A stretch of DNA of 64,000 nt, from NCBI GenBank assembly GCA_045634445.1, contig JAZRAG010000014.1, positions 15,272-79,271 on the forward strand. Reading direction: 5' to 3'. The position numbers and the translations under genes were made by a program. The stretch comes from Candidatus Spyradenecus sp. (GTDB lineage: Bacteria; Verrucomicrobiota; Kiritimatiellia; RFP12; DVOR01). The notes beneath the pieces were generated by a model. That model saw only the letters and a program-made list of their open reading frames with translations, made no database searches and had not been told where the DNA came from. Shown one piece after another: positions 10,398 through 18,498 of this stretch (position 1 is its first letter; each line of letters opens with the position of its first letter).

Positions 10398-10430
10398 CTT
10401 TGACACTTTTCCCCACACACGCCCCCACTT
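10398..10430 (-). promoter_or_regulatory. Second cluster of GTG[GT]G direct repeats at 10-bp period (MraZ-box-like)
   Basis: Minus strand reads GTGGGGGCGTGTGTGGGGAAAAGTGTCAAAG, i.e. GTGGG..GTGTG(GGG)..AAGTGT at 10-bp phasing. Shares a 15-bp core, TGACACTTTTCCCCA, with the first site. Confidence 0.35.
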
Positions 10431-10479
10431 TTTGACTCAAAAGTCATTCAATTTGTGTGACTTTTGCACCCACAGAACT

Positions 10480-11215
10480 GAAGCGCCTAACAGCTCAAAA
10501 AACTAACCACCAAAATGCGCCCGAGCGCGAAGTGCTGGGCGTGAGCGAAGCGAACCTTCCACGGCTAAAACACACAAAACACACTAAAGGGACGTGGGGG
10601 CTGCGCGCCCCCACTCCCCGCGGCAGGGCTGAGCCCTGCACGGCATGTGTTTAGGAGTGCTCCGCAGGGAAGCCTTCGCACGGGACCTTCGCATTTTCCG
10701 CAAGAACGCTATCTCTTACTCCGCTTGCCCCTCGGCGCAAGAGAAATCCTGCTGCGCAGTCTTCCTCCCGAGGAGGCTACGCGGAGCGCTAAAGCCTTCG
10801 CTGGTTTTCCACGAGTCGCATAGGTCTTACAAGATGCTCGAAATGGGCACATCGTCCCGCTGCCCTTCGGGCCCGGGCGCATCGAGCTCATTTCTCGTCA
10901 TCTTGCGCTGACAAACCATAACATTTGGGAAAGAACTCCAATAATTTACGTAAGCGTTCCGTCGTCATACTCGGGAAGCGGAATGCAAAGCATAACGCTT
11001 CTTGCGCCGAGTTGAGCGACGGAACAAGATTTGCGTTCTTGCGTAAAATTCGTCGTGCTTTTCGCAGTCCTGCGGGCAAAGCCCGCCCAGCCCCGAAGGG
11101 GCGACAGACACATCACGAGATGCGTTGGCTTTTCGTGGGCGAAGCCCTCGTGTTACGAAAAGATCAACGTATCCTAGTGTCCTTAGTGTTAAACCCACTC
11201 GCTGTCCTGCTGCTA
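10480..11215 (+). repeat. Copy A (longest) of a modular intergenic repeat family: CA-rich tract, GC hairpin, conserved blocks
   Basis: Blocks cagaaCTAACCAC, cacaaaacacac, GTGGGGGCtgcgcGCCCCCAC, gtgctccgcagg, ttccacgagtcgca, gctcgaaatgggcacatc, catttctcgtcatcttgcgct and cagccccgaaggggcgacagacacatca-gagatgcgttgg recur in inverted orientation at 20337-20560, and partly at 13093-13190. Confidence 0.5.
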
Positions 11216-11221
11216 ACAAAA

Positions 11222-11256
11222 AAGGATGCTCCCGATGGAAGCATCCTTTTCTTTTA
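11222..11256. terminator. Bidirectional intrinsic terminator (end of sulP and end of element A)
   Basis: Hairpin AGGATGCT-cccgatgga-AGCATCCT flanked by an A-tract upstream and a T-tract downstream. Confidence 0.6.
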
Positions 11257-11270
11257 TTAAAGAGGTAGGA

Positions 11271-13067
11271 TTATTCGGTTTTAGCAGGCGCGGCCAAAAT
11301 TTCGCGGGCACGCGTTAAAGCATCCACGATGTGGCCATGGACATTGACCTGCCCAATGCGATCCAAGAAGCCCGAGCGTACCATCAGCATAAGGGGTTGC
11401 GCCGTGACGCCAGAGAGTACCAAGGTAATCCCACGCGCGCTGGCGTGTGCATACACCTCTTCAAGCGAGTGAAGGGCCGTTGCGTCCAAGACAAGCACAT
11501 GACGCATACGCAAGACCAAGACCCGCGGGCGGTTGCGACGATTCGAGAGCAAGGTGTCCTTAAACTTATCAGCGGCACCGAAGAAAAGGGCGCCATAGAC
11601 TTCGAAGACCTCAACATGCTCTGGCACCTCGATACCGGGTTGGCCCAAGTCATCTGCGCGCGGCGCTTCAGGAGCACCCGCGAGCAAACGGGTGATATTG
11701 CGCGCTTCAGTTGATTCGCTCATGCGTCGAATGAAGAGGAACGCCGCCAAAAGCACACCCGCCTGAATAGCCACGGTGAGGTCGATGAAGACGGTGAGTA
11801 AGAAGCTGGTCAACATCACGAGGATGTCTGAGCGCGTACTCTTAAAGATGCCCTTCACCAAGTGCAATTCACTCATGTTGTAAGCAACAATTGCCACCAC
11901 GCCACCCAGGGTTGCCATCGGGATCAACGCAGCATACCGCCCTAAGAACAACATAATAAATAAGAGGAAAACTGCGTGCAACATCCCTGCGACAGGTGTT
12001 TTACCACCGTTCTTGATGTTGGTCGCCGTGCGCGCGATTGCGCCCGTTGCTGGAATACCACCAAAGAGCGGAGAGAGGATATTGGCAATACCTTCACCGA
12101 TGAGTTCAGTATTTGAATTATGGCGACGCCCAATCATACCATCGGCCACCACAGCCGAGAGGAGCGACTCAATCCCCGCCAAAAGCGCGATTGAAATCGC
12201 CGGAGAAACCAATTCACGAATTGCGCTCCATTCAATCGCTGGGAATTGGGGCAAACTCAAGCTCATGCCCTCAGCCACAGCGGGGAACTTACTTCCGATA
12301 GTCTCCACATTGATGCCAAACGCCTCAAATGCCATTGCCAAAAGCGTGGTAATCACAATCGCCACAATCGACCCAGGCACCTTCTGCGTCACACGCTTCC
12401 AATAAATACAAATGAGAATGGTAATAAAGGAAATCGCCACCGCGCCCCAATTCACCGTTTCCAACGAATGCGCGTAAACATTGAGCTTCCCAACGAAGTC
12501 CCCTGGCATTTTCGCGTATTCCAGCGCCTTGAGCGCATCCGTGCAATTCAACCCAAGTAAGGCCTCAATCTGCCCCGCGAAGATGATTAAGGCAATGCCC
12601 GACGTAAAGCCTACCGTCACAGGGTAGGGAATGTATTTAATGATCGAGCCTAAACCACAAAAGCCGAGCACAATCAAAATCGCACCCGCCATCATGGTCG
12701 CAATCGCCAACCCCGACATGCCGAATTGCGCGTAAATGCCGTAGATAATGACGATAAACGCCCCCGTAGGACCGCCAATCTGCACGCGACACCCGCCCAA
12801 AGCCGAAATCGCAAACCCCGCAATCACCGCAGTGATCAAGCCTGCCTGCGGGGGGAGTCCTGCGGCGATAGAAAAAGCGATAGCCAAAGGTAAGGCTACC
12901 GCTGCCACAATCAAACCCGCCACGGCATCAGCCATGAAGGTCTTTAAATCATATCCTTCTTTGAAACATTGAACCATTTCAGGACGGAAGCGTTCCGAAA
13001 TGTTTTTGCCGATGCGTTTCCACTGGATTTTCATGTTGACCAATCCTTTTGTTTTAAAACGACTCAA
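11271..13067 (-). CDS. SulP-family anion transporter with C-terminal STAS domain
   Basis: SulP N-terminal motif (DAVAGLIVAAVALPLAIAFSIAAG), about 10 TM segments, and a STAS domain at the C-terminus. The start may instead be MKIQW at 13034. Confidence 0.8.
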   Translation of the reverse strand: MSRFKTKGLVNMKIQWKRIGKNISERFRPEMVQCFKEGYDLKTFMADAVAGLIVAAVALPLAIAFSIAAGLPPQAGLITAVIAGFAISALGGCRVQIGGPTGAFIVIIYGIYAQFGMSGLAIATMMAGAILIVLGFCGLGSIIKYIPYPVTVGFTSGIALIIFAGQIEALLGLNCTDALKALEYAKMPGDFVGKLNVYAHSLETVNWGAVAISFITILICIYWKRVTQKVPGSIVAIVITTLLAMAFEAFGINVETIGSKFPAVAEGMSLSLPQFPAIEWSAIRELVSPAISIALLAGIESLLSAVVADGMIGRRHNSNTELIGEGIANILSPLFGGIPATGAIARTATNIKNGGKTPVAGMLHAVFLLFIMLFLGRYAALIPMATLGGVVAIVAYNMSELHLVKGIFKSTRSDILVMLTSFLLTVFIDLTVAIQAGVLLAAFLFIRRMSESTEARNITRLLAGAPEAPRADDLGQPGIEVPEHVEVFEVYGALFFGAADKFKDTLLSNRRNRPRVLVLRMRHVLVLDATALHSLEEVYAHASARGITLVLSGVTAQPLMLMVRSGFLDRIGQVNVHGHIVDALTRAREILAAPAKTE

Positions 13068-13092
13068 GTTATTCTAACACAAATCCAACAGA

Positions 13093-13190
13093 AACTAAAG
13101 CGAAAAGGAAAGCCTAACATCACAGAAATTAACCACAAAACACACAAAACACACAAAAAATATGTGGGGGCTTCGCGCCCCCACCCCCGT
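13093..13190 (+). repeat. Copy B (5' fragment) of the repeat family: CA-tract plus GC hairpin
   Basis: cagaaactaa...aaccacaaaacacacaaaacacacaaaaaatatGTGGGGGCttcgcGCCCCCAC in the same orientation as copy A. Lies in the sulP promoter region, upstream of the tracrRNA. Confidence 0.5.
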
Positions 13191-13222
13191 TTCATCCCCC
13201 TCTATGTGAACGGCAAATAAAT

Positions 13223-13239
13223 GTCGCCTTTGAGGCGAC
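13223..13239 (-). terminator. Hairpin GTCGCC-tttga-GGCGAC, followed by a U-rich run on the minus strand (possible insulator between the tracrRNA and sulP)
   Basis: Perfect 6-bp stem. The minus strand continues AUUUAUUUG. Confidence 0.3.
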
Positions 13240-13364
13240 CTCTTAGACGCAAAAATATGAGATAGTAGGGGTGAAAGAAATGGAGAAAATAACGGATTTT
13301 TGAGTGTTATTTCGTTGACATCTTGAGTGGTTGTGTTAAAGTATAGATGTAAGGATGGGGGTAT

Positions 13365-13436
13365 AAAAAAGCCCTATACGGAGTACGTATAGGGAAGTCT
13401 TTCGACTGCGGCATATAGCCTTGTTGTGAAAAGACG
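13365..13436 (-). ncRNA. Predicted tracrRNA of the type II-C system (anti-repeat, nexus, terminator); the 5' end may extend to about 13460
   Basis: The minus strand reads (CUAGAAUUAAGCC)GUCUUUUCACAAC-AAGGCUAUAUGCCGCAG-UCGAAAGACUU-CCCUAUACG-uacuc-CGUAUAGGG-CUUUUUU. GUCUUUUCACAAC is a 13/13 complement of the repeat 5' end GUUGUGAAAAGAC. AAGGC..GCCGCA resembles the Neisseria Cas9 nexus. A 9-bp terminator stem is followed by U6. Confidence 0.6.
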
Positions 13437-13441
13437 GCTTA

Positions 13442-13471
13442 ATTCTAGCCCATCGAGGAAATGTTTGTCAA
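13442..13471 (-). promoter_or_regulatory. Candidate sigma70 promoter for the tracrRNA (-35 TTGACA, 18-nt spacer, -10 TAGAAT), divergent from cas9 and overlapping its 5' region
   Basis: Read on the minus strand. The predicted TSS falls at the start of the 13-nt perfect anti-repeat. Confidence 0.35.
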
Positions 13472-13486
13472 TAAGGAATTTTAATT

Positions 13487-16400
13487 ATGAAGCGTTTAGG
13501 GCTTGATTTGGGTACGTCCTCTTTGGGGTGGGCGATTATTGATGATGAGTTAATGAATACTGCGCCTACGGGGTCTGCTGCGCCGAATCCGATTGATTGT
13601 GGTGTTGTTATTTTCCCAGAGGGTATGAACCGTGATAAATCGGATAATTTATCTTCGCCGGCAGCAACGCGTCGTATGGCACGTGCTGCGCGCCGTTTAA
13701 TTTATCGTCGTAAGTTGCGTAAGTTTCACTTGCTTCGTGCGTTGATGGATGCTGGGATGTGTCCTTTGAGTGAAGCGGGGTTAAAAGCATGGAAGGATGA
13801 GGGTAAATACCCTGTGAATGATGAAGCATTTATGCTTTGGCTTCGGTCTACCAATGAAAGTAATCCCTACGCAGACCGCAATGCTGCAGCGACGGCGCCA
13901 GTGGATAAATTAGTTTTGGGACGCGCCCTTTATCATATGGCACAGCGTCGAGGATTTAAGAGTTCTAAAAAAGAGCAGTTTGAAGCTTTGAGCGCGGAAG
14001 ATGTTACTGAACAGAAAGCGAAGAAGGCTTCAGAGGCTACGCAGACAAAGCAGGCGATTGATACATTAACCGCAGAGCTTGAAAAAGAGCATTTGACACT
14101 TGGGCAGTATTTTTATCGCCTTTTCCAGCAGAATGTGAAAGAAATTAATGCGGCAGGTTCTGGCGAAGTAAAGACCGAGCGTGTTCGTGGTCGTAAGACG
14201 GGACGTATTGAACACTATCAAAAAGAATTTGAACGTATTGCTGAGGTTCAAGGCCTTTCAGATGAATTGCGTGAACGTTTTGCTTCAATTCTTTTCTTCC
14301 AGCGTCCGCTTCGTATTCAACGTCATACCGTTGGGTATTGTGCACTTGAGAAAGGTCAGAATGCGCGTAAGTATCGTCGTTGCTTAAAGAGTCATCCTGA
14401 TTTTGAATACTATCGTGCACTTTGTTTCTTGAACAATCTTCGCATTGGTGAAACGTTAGCTTCGGGGAAAGATCGTCTTCAGCGCAATGAAGGCCGACGT
14501 TTAACCGATGAAGAACGTCAAAAGGTGTTAGCCGCTCTTCAGCGTATGAGTTCGTGTACGATTGAAGACCTTTTGGGTAAAAAGAAGCCGTTACTTGACA
14601 AGAAGTACTACACGAATTATCGCCCGAAAGATGATGCGCCAGTGATGGAAATTCGCGCACGTCTGACGGATTTGGGCATTCCTGAAGATAAGTGGCAGAT
14701 GGCATTAAATGCGGCAGTTAACTTTGATGACTTAGAAAAATTACTTGCTTGGGCACAAAAGCCAACAACTTTGGGCCTTTCTGCAGCAGATGCTCGCACA
14801 TTTGTGAAGATTCGCTTCTCTACAGATCGTGCAGATTATAGTTTGCATGCTATTCGCAAGATTATCCCTTATTTAGAGCGTGGATATACCTTGCGTAAAG
14901 CGACTTTCTGTGCAAAATTGGGTGACATCATTCCGAATTATGCAGAAAAACAAGAGGCTGTCCTTCAAGGTTTGTTAGATTGTGAAGCGCGCTATGAAGC
15001 GGAAAAGGAACGTAAAAAGCAAAATCAACGCCTTAAGGTACATCCGCTTGAGGGATATCATTACAAGAATTATTTGGCTACGACTTGGGATGTTTCGGAA
15101 GAAGCATATAAACAATTGTATGTGGATATTACAGAGACGGATAAGTCTAATCCTGTGTTGCCTCCTGTGGATTTAGAGTCTATTCGTAATCCGCTCGCTT
15201 GCCGTTCGCTAACGGTTTTGCGTCGTCTCGTTAACACCCTTCGCGCAAATGGTAAAATTGATGGGGATACGAACATCTTTATTGAGTTGGCACATACGGT
15301 GAATAGTGCAAATCAGTGCCGTGCGATTGAGATGTATCAGTTAGAGCAAAAGAAGAAGCGCGAAGAGGCAGTCCTGAAACTTCAGGAAATTATTCAAGAG
15401 CACAATCTTAAGATTGCGATTAACGAAGACTCTATTTTGCGTTACATTCTTTGGCAAGAGCAGAATGGTTGTTGCGTTTATACCGGTCAATCGATTGGCT
15501 TAAAGGCAATGCTGACGGAGTGTGATATTGAACATACAATTCCGCGTTCGCGTGGCGGTACAAATGAACTTGATAACCTCACACTTTGCACCAGCCATTA
15601 CAATCGCAATGTGAAGAAAGGAAAAATCCCAACGGAGTGTCCGAATGCCTCCGAAGAGTGGTATGACCCTGAAACAAAGATGACTTATCCTGCACTTGAA
15701 TTAAGCACACCGATTAAGAATTGGAAAGATGAACTTCAAAAGCTTAGGAAAGAGTTGGACAAAAAGCCTAAGCGTGGGGGTGACATCTCGGCTTATAATG
15801 ACGCACGTAAGCGTTGGCTTGTGAAGCAGATGAAGTGTACCTATTTGAAAAAGAAACTTAAATCATTTGAACTCTCTGCCGAAACTGTAGGTGGCGATGG
15901 CTTCATGCCACGTCAAATGGTTGACACAGGCATTATTACCACACAGGCTGTGAAATTCTTAAAGAGCCGCTATGAATATGTCTTTACGCGTAATGGCGCG
16001 GTAACCGCAGCTGCGCGTAAGGCTTGGGGAATCCAACACGAAGATGAAAAGAAGTCTCGTATTGATCATGTCCATCACGCAGTAGATGCATGTGTGATTG
16101 CGGCATTGGATACGAAAGCTTTCACGGATATTTGTTCTCAATTGGGTAAAGACGAAACCTTTACGCGTTGGAATACCGTTGTTTGTGAGCCTTATCCAGA
16201 CTTTGCACAACGCGTGAATGATGCAACCGAAAGCATTTTGGTACGCCACCTTCCTACGAATCGCCAGACCAAACCGATTGATAAGCGCCGTCAACGTATC
16301 CCGTTGTCGGTTGTGAAACGCCTTAAACAAGCACAATTATCCTCTGCAAAGGCAAAAAAGACATCGACCATCCGCGGTAGTCTCCATAATGATACGATTT

Positions 16401-17173
16401 ATGGAAAGATAAAGCTGAATGGTGAAGAAGTTGTCGTGCTCCGTAAGACAATTACAGCAGCAGGTACAGACTTTAAGAAGTGGGTGACACAAGGCAATGT
16501 CGTTGACAAAGGCGTTTGCGATGCACTACGAGCGCAAATCGCTGCTTATGAAGCGCAAGGCATTGCAGAAAAGGATTTGCCTAACCAAGTCTATAAAATG
16601 CCATCGGGTATTCCCATTAAGAAAATCCGTATTAAGGTGGCAAAACCCAAAAATCCTGATGCGATTCGTCAACAAGTCTTTGTACCCAAAGCGCCTGTTT
16701 ATGGCTCAGGAAGCGACATCCTTGGATTTAATGTCTGTAAAGATGCGAAGGGTAAACTTGTCGCAGAGCAGATCTCTTTGCTTGATGAGGCAAAGTCTTT
16801 CGGAGAAGGGATGTCTTCTGTGGACAAGTGTTTCAGCATCTATCCCATGCAACTTGCTTTCGCATATGAAAAGACTCCAGAAGAATTAAAGGCGCTTTCT
16901 TCCCGAGAATTGATGAAACGATTGTATGTCGTACGTCAAGTGGAAGAAGGTCAAGTCACATTTTACTATCACCGAGAAGCGAGAAGAGCGAAATTGCTTG
17001 CTGAAGAGTTAGAGAAAAACGGAAAGTCAAAAAAAGGTGAGTCTAAATTAAACTTCATTATCCCAGAGCGGAAACTACGAGTTGCAAGAGGTGTATTCTT
17101 AGACCACATGCTTTATGAAGGGGTTCACTTTACACTTTCAATGGATGGTGAGGTAGAATGGCTCAATGATTAA
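13487..17173 (+). CDS. cas9: Cas9 (type II-C), 1228 aa
   Basis: RuvC-I MKRLGLDLGTSSLGWAII. Arg-rich bridge helix (RRMARAARRLIYRRKLRK). HNH (DIEHTIPRSRGGTNELDNLTLCTSHYNRNV). RuvC-III (HHAVDACVIAAL). RBS aagga 9 nt upstream. Confidence 0.95.
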   Translation: MKRLGLDLGTSSLGWAIIDDELMNTAPTGSAAPNPIDCGVVIFPEGMNRDKSDNLSSPAATRRMARAARRLIYRRKLRKFHLLRALMDAGMCPLSEAGLKAWKDEGKYPVNDEAFMLWLRSTNESNPYADRNAAATAPVDKLVLGRALYHMAQRRGFKSSKKEQFEALSAEDVTEQKAKKASEATQTKQAIDTLTAELEKEHLTLGQYFYRLFQQNVKEINAAGSGEVKTERVRGRKTGRIEHYQKEFERIAEVQGLSDELRERFASILFFQRPLRIQRHTVGYCALEKGQNARKYRRCLKSHPDFEYYRALCFLNNLRIGETLASGKDRLQRNEGRRLTDEERQKVLAALQRMSSCTIEDLLGKKKPLLDKKYYTNYRPKDDAPVMEIRARLTDLGIPEDKWQMALNAAVNFDDLEKLLAWAQKPTTLGLSAADARTFVKIRFSTDRADYSLHAIRKIIPYLERGYTLRKATFCAKLGDIIPNYAEKQEAVLQGLLDCEARYEAEKERKKQNQRLKVHPLEGYHYKNYLATTWDVSEEAYKQLYVDITETDKSNPVLPPVDLESIRNPLACRSLTVLRRLVNTLRANGKIDGDTNIFIELAHTVNSANQCRAIEMYQLEQKKKREEAVLKLQEIIQEHNLKIAINEDSILRYILWQEQNGCCVYTGQSIGLKAMLTECDIEHTIPRSRGGTNELDNLTLCTSHYNRNVKKGKIPTECPNASEEWYDPETKMTYPALELSTPIKNWKDELQKLRKELDKKPKRGGDISAYNDARKRWLVKQMKCTYLKKKLKSFELSAETVGGDGFMPRQMVDTGIITTQAVKFLKSRYEYVFTRNGAVTAAARKAWGIQHEDEKKSRIDHVHHAVDACVIAALDTKAFTDICSQLGKDETFTRWNTVVCEPYPDFAQRVNDATESILVRHLPTNRQTKPIDKRRQRIPLSVVKRLKQAQLSSAKAKKTSTIRGSLHNDTIYGKIKLNGEEVVVLRKTITAAGTDFKKWVTQGNVVDKGVCDALRAQIAAYEAQGIAEKDLPNQVYKMPSGIPIKKIRIKVAKPKNPDAIRQQVFVPKAPVYGSGSDILGFNVCKDAKGKLVAEQISLLDEAKSFGEGMSSVDKCFSIYPMQLAFAYEKTPEELKALSSRELMKRLYVVRQVEEGQVTFYYHREARRAKLLAEELEKNGKSKKGESKLNFIIPERKLRVARGVFLDHMLYEGVHFTLSMDGEVEWLND

Positions 17174-18071
17174 ACGGACGCTTTGCTTCTCAACTCCAGG
17201 AAAACTCCGTCTTCACTTGCGCCAACTTCTTTGGTGTGGTGAAGATGGAAGAGAAGCAAGTGTGCCCATCGAAGATCTTGGGATTGTCATCTTAGAGTCC
17301 CCCTTAATCACTGTCAGTATGGCGCTATTACAAGCGCTAACAGAGGCATGTGTCGCGGTTGTCCTCTGTGATGCGTCCCATCTCCCTTCAGGCTATCTCC
17401 TTCCACAAGTATCACATACCCTTGCGAGTCGCTTTTTGAGAAATCAAATTGAACTTACAGATGCTCAATCGAGGCGCTTGTGGCAACAAATTGTTATCCG
17501 TAAAATCCAAAATCAAGCGTCTGTAATTCGGACATTAAATCCGCAAAAGGCGAACGAATTATGTGAGATGGCAGAGTTTGTTAAACGAGGAGATGTCACA
17601 AATATTGAAGCGCAAGCTGCGAAACTCTATTTTACGGCTTTTCCAATTTCAGAAGATGTCTTTCATCGTTCGCGTTATGGTACCATGCCTAATGCGGCAT
17701 TAAACTATGGATATGCGATTTTAAGAGCCGCAGTCGCACGATGTTTAGTAGCCTCAGGATTGAACACCACCTTAGGAATCCATCATCGTAATCAATATAA
17801 CCACTTTTGCCTTGCAGATGATGTGATGGAGCCCTATCGTCCCTTTGTAGATGCAATCGTCTTAGAGCATTTAGAGGCGTTCGAGAAAGCAGAAGAACCT
17901 ACGCAAGTCTCCACAAAAGGAAAGCAAATCCTCTTGCCGTTCTTGACAATGGATGTGCGAATAGGAGAATCAACGCGACCTCTTTTTAACGCCCTTCAAT
18001 TAACCACAGCATCTCTCGCACGATGTATCTGTAATGAACAAAAAACGCTCGAATTACCATCATTCCCATGA
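17166..18071 (+). CDS. cas1: Cas1 integrase
   Basis: Overlaps cas9 by 8 nt. Cas1-like conserved acidic and His residues. Position between cas9 and cas2. Confidence 0.9.
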   Translation: MIKRTLCFSTPGKLRLHLRQLLWCGEDGREASVPIEDLGIVILESPLITVSMALLQALTEACVAVVLCDASHLPSGYLLPQVSHTLASRFLRNQIELTDAQSRRLWQQIVIRKIQNQASVIRTLNPQKANELCEMAEFVKRGDVTNIEAQAAKLYFTAFPISEDVFHRSRYGTMPNAALNYGYAILRAAVARCLVASGLNTTLGIHHRNQYNHFCLADDVMEPYRPFVDAIVLEHLEAFEKAEEPTQVSTKGKQILLPFLTMDVRIGESTRPLFNALQLTTASLARCICNEQKTLELPSFP

Positions 18072-18415
18072 GTGAAGTTGAGTTTACAGCGATTAACCAT
18101 TACAAAGCAATGTGGCTTTACGCACTCTTTGATCTCCCAACAGAAACTAAACGGCAACGAAAAGCCGCTGCACAGTTTCGTAAAGGCCTCTTGCAAGATG
18201 GCTTTACAATGCTTCAATTTTCTGTGTATATTCGCCATTGTGCATCAAGAGAAAATGCAGAAGTTCACATTAAGCGCGTGAGAATGATAACACCAGAAGA
18301 GGGGCGTGTTGCGATTCTTGCGGTAACGGATAGACAATTCGATCAAATGGTCATTCTTTACGGGAAAAAAGAAAAACCTGCGCCACCTGCGCCAGTTCAA
18401 CTAGAACTTTTTTAA
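18068..18415 (+). CDS. cas2: Cas2
   Basis: 115 aa. Overlaps cas1 by 4 nt. Immediately precedes the array. Confidence 0.85.
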   Translation: MSEVEFTAINHYKAMWLYALFDLPTETKRQRKAAAQFRKGLLQDGFTMLQFSVYIRHCASRENAEVHIKRVRMITPEEGRVAILAVTDRQFDQMVILYGKKEKPAPPAPVQLELF

Positions 18416-18463
18416 ACAAAAAAAGAAACCGATTGACTCTTTTTTGAAGAAATCAATCGGTTT
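18416..18463 (-). terminator. Strong minus-strand intrinsic terminator between cas2 and the array; it would stop antisense pre-crRNA read-through
   Basis: Minus strand reads GAAACCGAUUGA-(16-nt loop)-UCAAUCGGUUUC followed by UUUUUUUGUUU. On the plus strand the same hairpin has no U-tract. Confidence 0.6.
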
Positions 18464-18477
18464 CTAAGTCTTCGGTA

Positions 18478-18498
18478 TGCTCCTTAAGATGTTATACA
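18478..18498. repeat. Inverted partial copy (18/21) of the CRISPR repeat, 21 bp from the first repeat: a hairpin partner, anti-repeat-like element
   Basis: ctccttaagatgttatacaat versus cttcttaagatttgatacaat (the reverse complement of the repeat's first 21 nt), with a 19-nt gap to the repeat at 18520. Confidence 0.5.

Noticed and set aside
10480-11215. Considered whether the repeat element is tmRNA, RNase P RNA, SRP RNA, 5S rRNA or a group II intron fragment
   Set aside because: None of the diagnostic motifs is present: no tRNA-like CCA end or tag ORF, no RNase P P4 GGAAAGUCCGG core, no SRP GGUGCUGUUUACC motif, and no domain V. Three copies within 10 kb argue against a single-copy housekeeping RNA.
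10645-11260. ORFs of 88 and 111 aa on the plus strand (and 60-84 aa on the minus strand) inside repeat copy A; also 20307..20636 and 12969..13220 inside copies C and B
   Set aside because: Low-complexity, and not conserved as reading frames between copies because indels break the frames. The conservation is at nucleotide-block level, consistent with non-coding sequence.
13421-13451. GTTGTGAAAAGAC at 13423 as a degenerate solitary CRISPR repeat
   Set aside because: Only the first 13 nt match. What follows is a nexus-like AAGGC..GCCGCA and a terminator on the opposite strand, which is better explained as a tracrRNA anti-repeat.
18416-18463. Hairpin as a plus-strand terminator for cas2
   Set aside because: On the plus strand the hairpin is followed by aagtcttcgg with no U-tract. 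The U-tract exists only on the minus strand.
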